64,000 nt of DNA from NCBI RefSeq assembly GCF_009914755.1, contig NC_060936.1; one strand, written 5' to 3'. Under the pieces are notes generated by a model, which did not search any database, was not told the DNA's origin, and saw only the letters and a program-made list of their open reading frames with translations. Source of the stretch: the human T2T-CHM13v2.0 reference genome, Homo sapiens. Positions 19,510 through 32,468 of the stretch are shown here, piece after piece (within the stretch, counting starts at the first letter, position 1; every line of letters begins with the position of its first letter). The translations under genes were made by a program, and so were the position numbers.

Positions 19510-20526
19510 TTACATTTTGGCATGATTTTGCAGTGGCTGGTACTGGTTTTTCCTTTCCATGTTTAGTGCTTCCTTCAGGAGCTCTCTTAGGGCAGGCCTG
19601 GTGGTGACAAAATGTCTCAGCATTTGCTTGTCTGTAAAGTATTTTATTTCTCCTTCACTTATGAAGCTTAGTTTGGCTGGATATGAAATTCTGCATTGAA
19701 AATTATTTTCTTTAAGAATATTGAATATTGGCCCCCACTCTGTTCTGGCTTGTAGAGTTTCTGCTGAGAGATCTGCTGTTAGTCTGATGGGCTTCCCTTT
19801 GCGGGTAACCCGACCTTTCTCTCTGGCTGCCCTTAACATTTTTTCCTTCATTTCAACTTTGGTGAATCTGACAATTATGTGTCTTGGAGTTGCTCTTCTC
19901 GAGGAGTATCTTTGTGGCGTTCTCTGTATTTCCTGAATCTAAATGTTGGCCTGCCTTGCTAGATTGGGGAAGTTCTCCTGGAAAATATCCTGCAGAGTAT
20001 TTTCCAACTTGGTTCCATTCTCCCCGTCACTTTCAGGTACACCAATCAGACGTAGATTTGGTCTTTTCACATAGTCCCATATTTCTTGGAGGCTATGCTG
20101 GTTTCTTTTTATTCTTTTATCTCTAAACTTCCCTTCTCGCTTCATTTCATTCATTTCATCTTCCATCGCTGATACCCTTTCTTCCAGTTGATCGCATCGG
20201 CTCCTGAGGCTTCTGCATTCTTCACGTAGTTCTTGAGCCTTGGTTTTCAGCTCCATCAGCTCCTTTAAGCACTTCTCTGTATTGGTTATTCTAGTTATAC
20301 ATTCTTCTAAATTTTTTTCAAAGTTTTCAACTTCTTTGCCTTTGGTTTGAATGTCTTCCCGTAGCTCGGAATAATTTGATCGTCTGAAGCCTTCTTCTCT
20401 CAGCTCCTCAAAGTCATTCTCCATCCAGCTTTGTTCCGTTGCTGGTGAGGAACTGCGTTCCTTTGGAGGAGGAGAGGCGCTCTGCTTTTTAGAGTTTCCA
20501 GTTTTTCTGCTCTGTTTTTTCCCCAT
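19510..20526 (-). pseudogene. L1 ORF1 with one in-frame premature stop
   Basis: MGKKQSRKTGNSK...NLARQANI* (TAG at 19939-19941), continuing in frame to ...QPLQNHAKM. Confidence 0.95.
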
Positions 20527-20988
20527 CTTTGTGGTTTTATCTACTTTTGGTCTTTGATGATGGTGATGTACAGATGGGTTTTTGGTGTGGATGTCCTTTC
20601 TGTTTGTTAGTTTTCCTTCTAACAGACAGGACCCTTAGCTGCAGGTCTGTTGGAGTACCCGGCTGTGTGAGGTGTCAGTCTGCCCCTGCTAGGGGGTGCC
20701 TCCCAGTTAGGCTGCTCGGGGGTCAGGGGTCAGGGACCCACTTGAGGAGGCAGTCTGCCCGTTCTCAGATCTCCAGCTGCGTGCTGGGAGAACCACTGCT
20801 CTCTTCAAAGCTGTCAGACAGGGACATTTAAGTCTGCAGAGGTGTTACTGCTGCCTTTTTGTTTGTCTGTGCCCTGCCCCCAGAGGTGGAGCCTACAGAG
20901 GCAAGCAGGCCTCCTTGAGCTGTGGTGGGCTCCACCCAGTTCCAGCTTCCCTGCTGCTTTGTTTACCTAATCAAACCACAACTCAGCA

Positions 20989-21330
20989 ATGGCGGGCGCC
21001 CCTCCCCCAGCCTCGCTGCCGCCTTGCAGTTTGATCTCAGACTGCTGTGCTAGCAATCAGCGAGACTCCGTGGGCGTAGGACCCTCTGAGCCAGATGCGG
21101 GATATAATCTGGTGCACCGTTTTTTAAGCCCGTCGGAAAAGCGCAGTATTCGGGTGGGAGTGACCCGATTTTCCAGGTGCCGTCTGTCACCCCTTTCTTT
21201 GACTAGGAAAGGGAACTCCCTGACCCCTTGTGCTTCCCGAATGAGGCAATGCCTCGCCCTGCTTCGGCCCGCGCACGGTACGCGCACCCACTTACCTGCG
21301 CCCACTGTCTGGCACTCCCTAGTGAGATGA
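20989..21330 (+). CDS. L1 antisense ORF0, long 113-aa form (potential only)
   Basis: ATG-initiated MAGAPPPASLPPCSLISDCCASNQRDSVGVGPSEP... is the ORF0 N-terminus within the L1 5'UTR; expression cannot be shown from sequence. Confidence 0.7.
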   Translation: MAGAPPPASLPPCSLISDCCASNQRDSVGVGPSEPDAGYNLVHRFLSPSEKRSIRVGVTRFSRCRLSPLSLTRKGNSLTPCASRMRQCLALLRPAHGTRTHLPAPTVWHSLVR

Positions 21331-22544
21331 ACCCGGTACCTCAGATGGAAATGCAGAAATCACCGTCTTCTGCCTCGCTCACGCTGGGAGTTGTAAACTG
21401 GAGCTGTTACTATTCGGCCATCTTGGCTCCTCCCCCCAACCCACCGCCCCAGTAGTATATTCTTAAGGAGAATAATCTCATTAGTACAAAAAGGTATGCC
21501 ACTACAGTACAGTTTCTTATCATAAAAAGTTGAAAGAACCTATTTTCCATGAATTAAAGTTTAATTAAATAAATTATTAAACATACATGAGATACTATGC
21601 CTATGTTAAAATTCATAATTCTACTGGAAGGAAAAAGCAAAAAAAGTTATTAAAAGAATTAATGAAAAATTTGCTTTTAATTCAAATTATCTGACAACAT
21701 GGCAATAAAAAAATAGTTGAGAATATTCCTTCTGGAGAAGTCTGTCTTTTAATCTCCAACAACAATGACCATAAATTGAAAAGAAAATTCCAGGATCAAA
21801 GGTATTTAAATCCCCCTCTTCTCTCTCTCTGTCTTTTTTTTTAATTTAACTACATAGTTACACATGCATGTAGTTCTGCAAAAATTTTCACTTGCTAGGA
21901 ATTTACTAGCTCAGGTCTTCTGTGTGCAACCTATATGCCAGCAGGGTTTTTCCTGCCTTGAGAGTTCTAAATAAACTGCAGGAAATCCCCAATACATTAA
22001 AAACACTACAAATTACTCTCTATAATGAAAAGAGTCCTGTAGGCTGATTTCCTCCAGTAGCCTTTCTATAGGTCCTATACATCATATGCTCATCCTGTTT
22101 TTCCCTAATATTGGACAGGATACAATATACAGCCCCTCTGCAATTTTCAAAAAATTAAGTTGCAACATGCATTTTATGAATTTAGTAACTTTACTTGAGT
22201 TTTGAGGTTTCATGTTAATTAGTCACCTTTACAGAATTTGTACCATGAACCTCTTCTCTAAAGAATTAAAAACTTCCTCTTATGCAGGGTAGTTTCCCTG
22301 CCCCCTTTGTTTGACATCTGGATACAAATTATCCATTCCAGAAGCACACTCACATTCTCAAGAGAAAAAAAAATCCTCCCTGCAAACTGAATTTCTTTAT
22401 AAGAGAAAATTTTCTACCAGATGTGAAGTTGAATAGAGTAGCCCAAATGTAGCAAATGTTATCTATGTTTTTTATTTCTGACAATAGATACCTTAAGCTT
22501 AAAGAAGTCATAATACCATAGTTGGCTTATAACAGTGATGGCAG

Positions 22545-22980
22545 GCAGCGTGGACTTACTACCCCAATAGTAGACTCTTTTGTTTCTTGCTTTCCTTTAT
22601 GTAGGTGGAAAAAGTAAATACTTACCTTTCCAGACTCGTCTGAAGTTAGGGATGACTACTTTTAATGAGGAGATGAAAACAGAAGTTCTTGGGTGGAGTC
22701 TCTGGGAAAACTGGCAAATAAGATGGAATGGTACATTTACCATCAGCTCTTTTATTCTTCACCCTTCTTCCTGCTTGAAAAACTAAATAAAATATTTGGA
22801 AATGCAGCATCATCCCTGATTCTACAGAGATGAAAGCCACACACAAATTGGCAGGTCAGGATGGCAGAAAGATACTCAGTCCCAGATGTCATTACTGAGC
22901 TACCATACAATTCTAAGACTCTGTGACTCTGACTTCTTGGTGAAGGAGACAAATAAATGCATTCTACTGTAAGTCCAGGC
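22545..22980 (+). mobile_element. Old ERVL-class LTR fragment (LTR16-like)
   Basis: Degenerate motifs (agaagt..gggtgg..tctgggaaa; gacttcttg..gacaaataaa); assignment from memory. Confidence 0.45.
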
Positions 22981-23095
22981 AAGTGGAAAAGATACAGTAG
23001 GTTTCTATAAATATGTAAAGATCATCATCTGAGGTTTAACATTTATCAACAAGTTCCTAGTTTCCCTTATTTTGTAGTTAAACTGGATAGTCCAT

Positions 23096-23457
23096 TGATA
23101 TGGTTTGGCTCTGTGTCCCCACCCAAATCTCATCTTGAATCATACTCCAAAAATTCCCACATGTTGTGAGAGGGATCCAGTGGGAGATAATTGAATCATG
23201 GGGCAGTTTCTCCCATACTGTAATCATGGTAATGAAAAAGTCTCATGAGATCTGATGGTTTGAGAAGGGGAAACTGTTTCGTTTGGTTCTCATTCTGTCT
23301 TTCCTCTCGTGATGTAAGACATGCCTTTTGCCTTCCACCATGATTGTGAGGCTTCTCCAGCCACGTGGTACTGTAAGTCCAATTAAACCTTTATTTCTGT
23401 ATAAATTACCCAGTCTCGGGTATGTCTTTATCAGCAGCGTGAAAATGGACTAATACA
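23096..23457 (+). mobile_element. THE1 solo LTR (THE1C/D-like)
   Basis: tgatatggtttggctctgtgtcccc...ggactaataca; 5-bp TSD TCCAT at 23091-23095 and 23458-23462. Confidence 0.93.
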
Positions 23458-25482
23458 TCCATTCTTGAATAATGTTTTGCTTAATTAATTTTTTCCTCAC
23501 AACCCTAACAAGCACTACCGGTCTTATTTTAGTGAATTGACTTGCTTCTGTGATTATTGCTGATTGTCAGCATATAAAATATTAATAAATGCATTAGTAA
23601 TATTAGGTCATATACAATAATATAATGAATCATTTCATTTAATTTCAAAATGTAATGAACTGCACGAACTACAGAACCTCATAAAACTGTTCTCAAAAGT
23701 CGACATATTGTATGTTGGTTATTCTTTGAAGTAGCCTTGCAATAAAAGCAAAAATAAAGCTTAGTTTGTTAATGATTCTAATGAAATTTGTATTTTTATC
23801 TTCTCAAAAGCCTAGTAGTATAAGTTATAACAGGGAGATTGCCAATATCACTTTGGAAAGTCAGTCATCCTTTTCACTTCTATAAAAAATAATTTATCAT
23901 CAAAATATATAATAATAAAATACTACATTACACCAGAACCTGTGATGAATTAGGTCAGATGTGCAATGTGTGAACATTAGGAATTTTATCTCCTCTTATT
24001 GTGTGATCCTATTATGGTTCATTTCTTAAAACAGACATTAGAAAATTATAATTAGAAAAGGAAGTCAACAAAAATCTCATTTTTCTGAAATTAATTTATC
24101 AGAAAAAAATCTATGTGAAAACCTAATATGTTTTCAGAAATAATCACACAACACAAACTGAAACTGGTGAGGGAAGATACATCATCATATCACCAAAGTG
24201 CTCTTGTTTTACAGTGCAAATCATAAGGTCTTCGTTATGGGATTAAATTTTAGCCATAATAAATGTAATACTTTAAGAACTTTTTTAAAAGAACTTTTAC
24301 TTGTTTTTTCTGATTTTTTGTGGTTTTCACATTTACTGATTTATTAGGGTTTTTTTTCTTCTTATACTAAAATTCTCTTAAGTGATGAGATAGAAGTTTG
24401 CATAAAAGATATTAACTTTCCCAGTCTCATTTTATGTTTCCCGTTTAAAGCAGATCATGCACATAAAAATTCTATTCCTGCAGTGTATTCCAGGACTTTA
24501 AGAAGTAACATGACTCTCAGATGGTATTTTACGTGCATAAAATGAGAACATGAAATAATGGTCTCTACTTGTAGATTATTGAGCCTAGGGAAGTGATTGA
24601 TTTAGTGGATAATGTTTTGATTTATTCTCTTGTGTATTTTTCTTTCTCAGTAATACCTTTGACTGTATGTTCCTTTTCCCATTTAAACTAGACTTTGAGG
24701 TGATGCTTATTATCCAAGGAAAGGGTATACTAAAAGGTATAAATATAAATAGTCTTGATTTCTTGGGTACAAATTCCAAAATAGTCTTGAAAATCATACT
24801 CACCTTTCCTGATTTTATGCAGTAAAATATGACTTTTTTTTCCACAATCACATACTGGCAAAATATAATAATTGTTTGGGATTCAAAGGGTTTGGCTTAG
24901 AATATCACAAACAAATTTTCAACGAATTAGAGCATAAATTTTATACTAAAAATCAGAGGTTTTTAAAACTTTTGCAACAGCACGAATATATTCCAAGGGT
25001 GGGTGATAAATATGCCAAAAATATTGATGACTATAAACCTTTTAGAGTGATAAATTAATAGTGATGCAAATTTACTTTTAACTAGTCAGAAATTTCCATC
25101 ATTGAAATAATAATAAAAATATATTTATGTGGCAATTCAATGTCCATCCATCAATAAATAACTGCTACTTGACTTGCCCTTCCACTGTAAATAAGTGTAA
25201 ACTTGGACAAAATATATGAAGTGATTATTTTCATGCATTGAACAATAGGCAAAGCAGGACTATAATCCTCGACAGAAGACATCAACAACATTCTGAGTAG
25301 GGGTACTTTCTCTACTTGTCTTACGGAAACGGAGCTCAAGTGACGCAGTGGTATTGCTGAGCCAAGGAAGCAGAGTTTGGAATTCTATATTGCTGAAGTA
25401 GACGGAATTTTCAAGGCAGGTTCCTAGAAAGAAAGAAGTTGAACAGAGGGGCCCCACATGTCTGTGAGGACTCACACTGGGG

Positions 25483-25524
25483 TATTATTATTATTATTAT
25501 TATTATTATTTTATTATTATTATT
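25483..25524. repeat. (TTA)n microsatellite
   Basis: Interrupted run of tat/tta triplets. Confidence 0.9.
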
Positions 25525-26034
25525 TTGACTGAGGGCCTTGTTGTGTAATGCTCACAGAACGACTCAGCGACACTTAGCAGAAATGTGCTGGTGCTGGGCT
25601 GAGAATGAATGAAGATAACAGAGATCACACCAGGATAAAAATATTGCAATTCTGGCCCATAAAGAAATGAGACACATTGCTGAAGATTGCAGATATTTAA
25701 TTGAGAGTCAGAAAAGACATGGCTTTGGAATAAAGGTGCACCCTCTAACTAATGACAAAATCAAAATCGACCTACCTTAACAGAGACTAAAACCAAGACT
25801 AGCAGAAGCAACAAAAATCCGGGGTAATTTAATCGTCTGACAAAATATAATTAATACCCTATAAAGAAAGAAAATATAATTCAACCATGTAAATTAGCAA
25901 GGAAGCATGGTCTATTTTTTTTAATTGGTCAATAGAAACACAACCTAATATTGCTTTAATATTGTCTTTATCACATGAGGAGAGAAAAACAGCTTTTTAA
26001 AATACGTTAAAAGACTTAAAATAAACGGTAATTA

Positions 26035-27118
26035 TGACACAGAATTATTTCAGTGCCACTTCACCAGCTGGGAATCTCTGTGGCCCGTGGCACCTCTGCC
26101 TGGGCTTTGCTCCAGCCAGTTGGGCTCACTCCGCCCACTCAGTCTGACAGGCTGTCCTCTGGTCATGCTACCAGCCAGGATCCCACACTCAACATGGGGT
26201 TGCTGCGTTCAGCTCACGGCTGGTCCAGGGATGCTGCCACCGACTTGCTACTGCCTTGGGCGCCAGTGTCTGGACCAAGGGGATGGAGTGACACCCAAAA
26301 ACTCAGAGACGCCAGTAACCACAGAGCCCCATGGGAGTGTCACAACTTCTGCTCACGAAGTTCTGTGGTCTGAGCCACTAGGGAATGCCACAGGTATCTC
26401 TCTCATTCCAGCCTCTAGCTGCTCAACAAATGGGAACATGTTATAGCTTGTTCCTTCCCGCCACTCATGGCTTGGTGAAGAGGGACTTGTTATAGCCCTG
26501 GCTCAGGGAGTCCAGTGGTCTGGGCCCCCAGAAGGGTCACAGCTTTTCACTTCTGTAGTACGGCAAACAGGAGTGTGACGCAGCTCTTTTCATTCATGCT
26601 GTCCACAGCTCGGCCAGGAGCTGGCCGGGAACATTTTTCAACCCTTTTTGTCCCTGCTGTTCTGTGGGTTCCAAGTTCTTGTCATGTGACCAAGAAGAAT
26701 GAGGTACATGGACACCAGAGAATGAGCAAGGCAGAGAATAATTTTATTGAGCAACAGAAAAGTTCTCAACAATGTGAGGGGAACTGAAGTGGGTAGCCTT
26801 CTGTGTGAGAGGGGGTCTGAAAGCGGGTAAACCTCTGTGTGGCTGAGTCCAGGGTTTTTACAGGCTTGCAATGAGGAGGCACAGACTGTATATAGCCTTG
26901 GAAAAGGCAACATTTGATTGGTTAAAAAGCATTATTCAGAAAGAACCAATCAGAAAAGAGTGGGCAAACAGGAATAGAAATTCTCACTGTGGTCGTGGAC
27001 TTTATCCCAGACTGGCAACTCAGTTTTCAGGCTTTAAATTGTCTTTGGTTTGAAGGTAGGTTTCACTGGGAACCCACGCCTGTCTGCCCATGAATTTATC
27101 TGTCTCCTGCCACTATCA
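26035..27118 (-). mobile_element. ERV1-class solo LTR (LTR27/MER52 group), 1084 bp
   Basis: TG...CA termini; 4-bp TSD ATTA at 26031-26034 and 27119-27122; GC-rich; minus-strand AATAAA at 26743-26748; CCAAT boxes near 26915-26952. Confidence 0.85.
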
Positions 27119-27122
27119 ATTA

Positions 27123-30100
27123 TAATAAGTAAACCAATGAAAGAATCAAGATACAGAATATAATCTATAAAGAAATAACTACTTGAAATTCTAGAACTGA
27201 AAAATAGAATACCTGTACAGTGTGTGTTCTAAAATGTGACTTTATTTGTAACAGTATAGAAAACATATAAAAGAAATGAACTTGACCCAAAAAGTACAAC
27301 ACATTTAAAGAACACCTAAGTAAATGAAAAGACATAATATGAGCTAAGATCAGAAAATTCAATATTGTTAAGATATCAGTTCTATCAAAATTGATTTGTA
27401 CGTTCAATGAAATACAAAATCTAATTTCATCAGAGGTTTTTATAGAAATGGACAAAATGATTCTAAAGCTTATATGACAATGCAAAGGACATTGCAATGT
27501 TGAAAAAGAAGAATAAAGTAAAAAGATTTATGCTACCTGATATCTGGAATTACTACAAAGATATGTGATAAAGACAATGTAATATTATTGTAAAAATAAA
27601 GAAATATATAAATAGAACCTAATAGAGTCCAGAAAGAGAAGGAACATGACATATGCAATACATTTTTCTTTTCCTCCTTTCCCTCTCTCATCAATATTTA
27701 TCAACATCATTTATCAACTTTCTTAACAAGAAAAGAGTCTTACTTTGTCAACATAGTGCAGGGAAACCATTCTTAGGCTAAGGCAACAGATAAGTTTCAA
27801 CGGAGGGAGTCTTTTGCTTCACCTCTCATACTGTAAACTGGGGAGACTAAGGATTCTTTTTAGATGCCTCAAGTCTAGTGTTTCACCAGAGAAGCAGAAT
27901 AGCAATGGTTAATTGCATTGCCTCAGGCTGAATCATTTGATAAGAAACCTAAAACAGAAGGTCACACCCTGAGAAAGGCAGCCTGTGCCCCAGAAGAGCT
28001 AAAGAAGTGCTTGAGAGAGTCAGTAGAAAAGAAGAAGCTATTAAATCTTGCTAAGGAATCTCTATTAATAGACAGAACAATGGTATTTACAATACTGACT
28101 ATAAATGTCAAAAGCAGATGTATGAGGAAGTCAAAATTACAGAGACAAATAAAAATGAATGGCTGCCAGGTATATGGGAATGGGGGGAGATGAATAGGTG
28201 AAGCCCAGTGGGTATTTTTAGGACTGTGATACTAATTCTGTATAGTTCTCTAGTGGCAGATACACAACACTATCCATGTGTGAAAACCAATATAATGTTA
28301 CAGTGCAAATATTAAACCTTAATATGTGATTTTTTTTTAGAAAAAGATCAAGTGGAGGGTGAAGGATTACAAATGGAATGCAGACTATGGCAAAAAAATC
28401 TAATGGTATTAAAAATACCTGACATAACCTAACTGTAGGATGTGGATAAAAAGAGGTGCTGATCTCAATAACTTTGGAAACTAGACTGGACTGTAGGACT
28501 AAAAACAAAATAAAATGTTCATAAGCATTATTCTAGTTGGTAAAGTTGCCTCCAGTGGTGGTACAGGTTAAAAGATGTGAAGTCACTATTCATGTATATT
28601 GAAATTGAACCAACAAATAAATACACAGAGAACAGTGAGAGTGAGGTTTTTATTCTTGGAGAAGTTATAGATAAGCAAGATGGAAGGGTTAGAATGAATC
28701 ATGTGGTTCTGGATTAGAGCCATAAAAATCTGTATAAGCTCATGTTTAGCTTAATAAAGATACTGAAGGATACGCATACCAACAGTTATAAGTATCTCTT
28801 TATGCACAGGTTAGTTATATATACATACATGCCTTAGCTCTGTTCACAAAGAGGGCCAAAACCAAAGACACCTCAATAGGAATGAGCACATCTAGAACCC
28901 AGAACTTGATTTTTAAACTCGTTCTTCAATAAAAGGAACCAGGAATACTTAAAATGGCTGAGTTTAAAGTAGCAAGTATTAGACAAAATGAGCCTGGAAT
29001 AACTGTATGCCAGAAAATGAGTGCTTAAAAAAATAAGATAATTGGGTTAAGTCAAAAGGGCTTTGAAAGTTCTCCCAATAGCCAAAGATGAAACAATCTG
29101 AGCAACAAAATAAGTGGCATATTATATTAGTCAGGGTTCTCTAGAGGGACAGAATAGGGTAGATGTTTATACATATATATACAGGGGAGTTTAATAAGGA
29201 GTATTGACTAACACAATCACAAGGTGAGGCCCCACAATAAACCATCTGCAAGCTGAGGAGCAAGGAAGCCAGTCCGAGTTCCAAAGCTAAAGAACTTGGA
29301 GTCTGATGCTCGAGAGCAGGAAGCATCCAGCACAGGAGAAAGATGTAGGCTGGGAGGTTATGCCAATCTAGTCTTTTTATGTTCTTCTGCCTGTTTTTAT
29401 TCTGGCCGCACTGGCAGCTGATTAGATTGTGCCCACCCAGATTATGGGTGAGTCTGCCTTTCCCAGTTCACTGACTCAAATGTCAATCTCCTTTGCCAAC
29501 ACCCTCACAGACATACCTTCAGTCCAATAAAGTTGACACTCAATATTAACCATCACACATAGCATTGGATTATAATCTAAAACAAAATAAATATCCACAA
29601 TTCAATACTATGATCAATCAACCAAGGAGTACAAGTCTACATGGAAGAAGTCCAACTAATTTATGTAGATACTCCCTTCTCTACCAATTATGTGGGTTTA
29701 GTGACTTAGTTCCACAGAATAAATTATGAAAAGTGTGTGTCAGGGGCAAGGGTAGGTTTACAGTGAAGAAACCTAGCAAATATTACCTTAGACACGTAAT
29801 CACCATTAACATCAATGGTAAATCAAGTTGATAGCATGTGCCTTTTACGTGATATGCTATGGTCTTCCTCACAAAAACTCCAAAGCCCTGTCTAGCCATG
29901 AGAAAATAATCAGGCAAATTTTAATTGAGAGGCAGTCTTCAAAATATCTGATCATTACTCTTCAAATCTCTCAAGGTTGTCAAAAAAAGGAAAGCCCAAG
30001 GAAAAACTGTCACAGTCCAGAGGAGCCAAAGAAGACATAAGGATTAAATACAAAGTGCTATCTAGAGAGGATCCTCTATCAGAAAAAAAATTAGAGAAAA

Positions 30101-30310
30101 ACAAATGAAATCTGAAAAACAGCAAAGAGAGTAGTTGATAATAATGTATCAATTTTGGTTCATTAGTTGTAACAAATGTACCACACTAACATAAGATCTT
30201 AATAATAGGAGAAACGGTGTGGGGTATATGGAAACTCCACTATATTTGCCACTTTCTGTAAGTTTGTAACTATTCAAAAATTTAAAGTTTGTTAAAAATA
30301 GTAAACAAAA
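27123..30310 (+). mobile_element. Old L1M (MC/MD-like) 3' region, interrupted by MLT2A
   Basis: Decayed ORF2-end and long 3'UTR motifs (aacaaatgtaccacact, gggtatatggaaactc); boundaries approximate. Confidence 0.65.
29123..29557 (-). mobile_element. MLT2A solo LTR (HERV-L)
   Basis: tattagtcagggttctctagagggacagaa...gttgacactcaatattaaccatcaca; TSD CATA(T/G). Confidence 0.9.
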
Positions 30311-31455
30311 ATATATATACAGAAGGAGCAGTGCTTGGCAGTACTGTAATACAGATAGAATAAGCCATACCATGGTTGCAATTAATGAGATCAGAGACTG
30401 GCCCAAAAAACAAATGTTTTTCCCATAAGAACATCCTGGAATTAGGTGACTTTTGGGCAAAAGAGAGAGAGAAATAGGAGAGAATCAGAATCATCATAAA
30501 GACCACTATTTTTAACTGGAAGAAGCTAATTTATCTTGATTGCACAATTATGATTTCTATGACCAAAGTAATAGAGAACTCAAAACTATATTTACTTCAG
30601 CGTTAAGTGATAAAATCAGGCTTATATTGGATTTTGTGGGCAGTCATAAATTTGAAAATGTATACCTTCTTACTCAGATATGAAAGGAACAATTCATGAA
30701 GGGTGCAAAAACAGAAAATAGAGGGTACCATAGCATCAGAAAACAGAGTTAACTCACTGTGGGGATTCATTAAAGATCTGCCCTGTTTCTTGGATGGAAA
30801 AACATAGGTTTAGCACCAGATGAGCTATATTATTGGTGCAAGTTAAATAAATATATTGAAATGTCTCAGGAAAGCAGAATTGAATGTACCTAGTGATATA
30901 AATTAGGACAATAATAGGCTGATGTGCAACATGAGTAATCAAAGACAGTGGGAAGGTGCAGGGAAGCAGGCTGCAATTTTAAATAGGGCAGTCCAAGTAG
31001 AACTCATTCTTGTGGACTAGAGCACATTGAAACAGGCTTGAAGAAGATTTAAGTGTTAGCAATGTGTGACAGCCAATGAAAAAACACTAAGTCAAAAGTG
31101 AGTTTGCCATGTTTAAAGAACTGCAAGAACAGTGTGTTTTGAGGAGAGCAAGTGTGAGTGAGAGTAACTAGCTATGAGTTCAGGTGGGGGTTACAGACTG
31201 TAGAGTCTCGAAGGCAAAGTAAATCCCAGCATTTACTCATAGATAGAAAGTCACTGCAAAGTTTCTCAACAAGAGTATCATAATCTAACATTTCAATAGA
31301 ATTATTAATTCCACAAATGATTTAGAAGAGTTTAAGGAAATGCATGTAGAAAACATGAAGAAATGACCTATGGAAGGTTTCATTTAGAGTACACAGATTA
31401 TGAGCTATGGATATATTTAACTATATACACCTTGAAATGTATAATGTATAATTTC

Positions 31456-31870
31456 CATGAACAAGAGGAATCTTTTCTTCACAAATAAATGTAAATGGTC
31501 TGCCACTGTGGGCTTTATCTTCAACACTGTCTCATCTCTTCCCAAAATGAGTTTATTTGTAAATTGCTGATTTATTTGGAACATTGTCCCCATAAACTTT
31601 TCGTAAAGCATCAGTGATTTTTATCATTTTCTGCCCAAGCTTAGCCATAAATTTGATGTTTGCTCCTTCTTCAATTTTAGCAGACTTCATGTTGCTCTGA
31701 TAAGGGCTTTGTTCAAACTGTTGTCTTATCCTTCTTAGTGCTACAATCTGGATTCTGTTCAAATATGTTACAACAAGTTAGTATGAATTTATTTTGGTAC
31801 AAAAAATTTTAAAATCTATGCATAGCTTTTTTATGATATGTATTTTCCATGAACTTTTTGAAGACCCTTT
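31456..31870 (-). mobile_element. HSMAR2 mariner, 5' fragment (TIR + transposase N-terminus)
   Basis: TIR ttttccatgaactttttgaagaccc at ~31843-31867; minus frame MKSAKIEEGANIKFMAKLG..ITDALRKVYGDNVPNKSAIYK matches the HSMAR2 transposase start. Confidence 0.9.
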
Positions 31871-32468
31871 ACATGATAATGCTTCAACGATTATTTCTGT
31901 CCTAAAGTTAGTGTTTCTATCATGCTGCATTGTCTTTACAGCTATATTTAAGAGATAATAAATTTAACATAATAAGTTTAATTCAAGTTGCCACCATAAT
32001 AACAAGCTCAATTTCAACATATTACTATAGTATCTCCCTAAAGTTCCTGAAAATATTGAGAAATTATTTCATTGGTAATTTCTCCAAAGAGAACAAAGCT
32101 TTCAATTTGTGCTATTCTTTGCTTGAATCTTAAGGCTGAATTTTCTGAACTTGTTATGAGAACCAATGATCAGGAGACATGGAGCTAAATAAACCTTCTC
32201 ATGGAAGCTTATACTCGCAAGTCTGGTTTTCAAAAGGTGATAAGTCCATTTCCTTACAAGTTCATTTTTAAGCCACACAGAAAATGACTCCTTTAAACTC
32301 TGAGTCAAGTCATGACAGACTAAGGTAACGATGTCTAATATCAGAGGCCCATTTTGCAAATTGTTTTCATGGAAAAAATATTTATGAAGACAGAAACTTT
32401 CAGAAGAGAAGTACATTGGGAATAGGAGTTAAAGGTTACTAGAATACTTGAAAAGTCATATTTATAAC

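Noticed and set aside
26053-27053. Cluster of 60-119-aa ORFs
   Set aside because: All lie within a GC-rich solo LTR; no gag, pol or env motifs
31440-31462. Second HSMAR2 TIR-like stretch (ataatttccatgaac)
   Set aside because: Short, AT-rich and in the same orientation as the real TIR, so it cannot close the element
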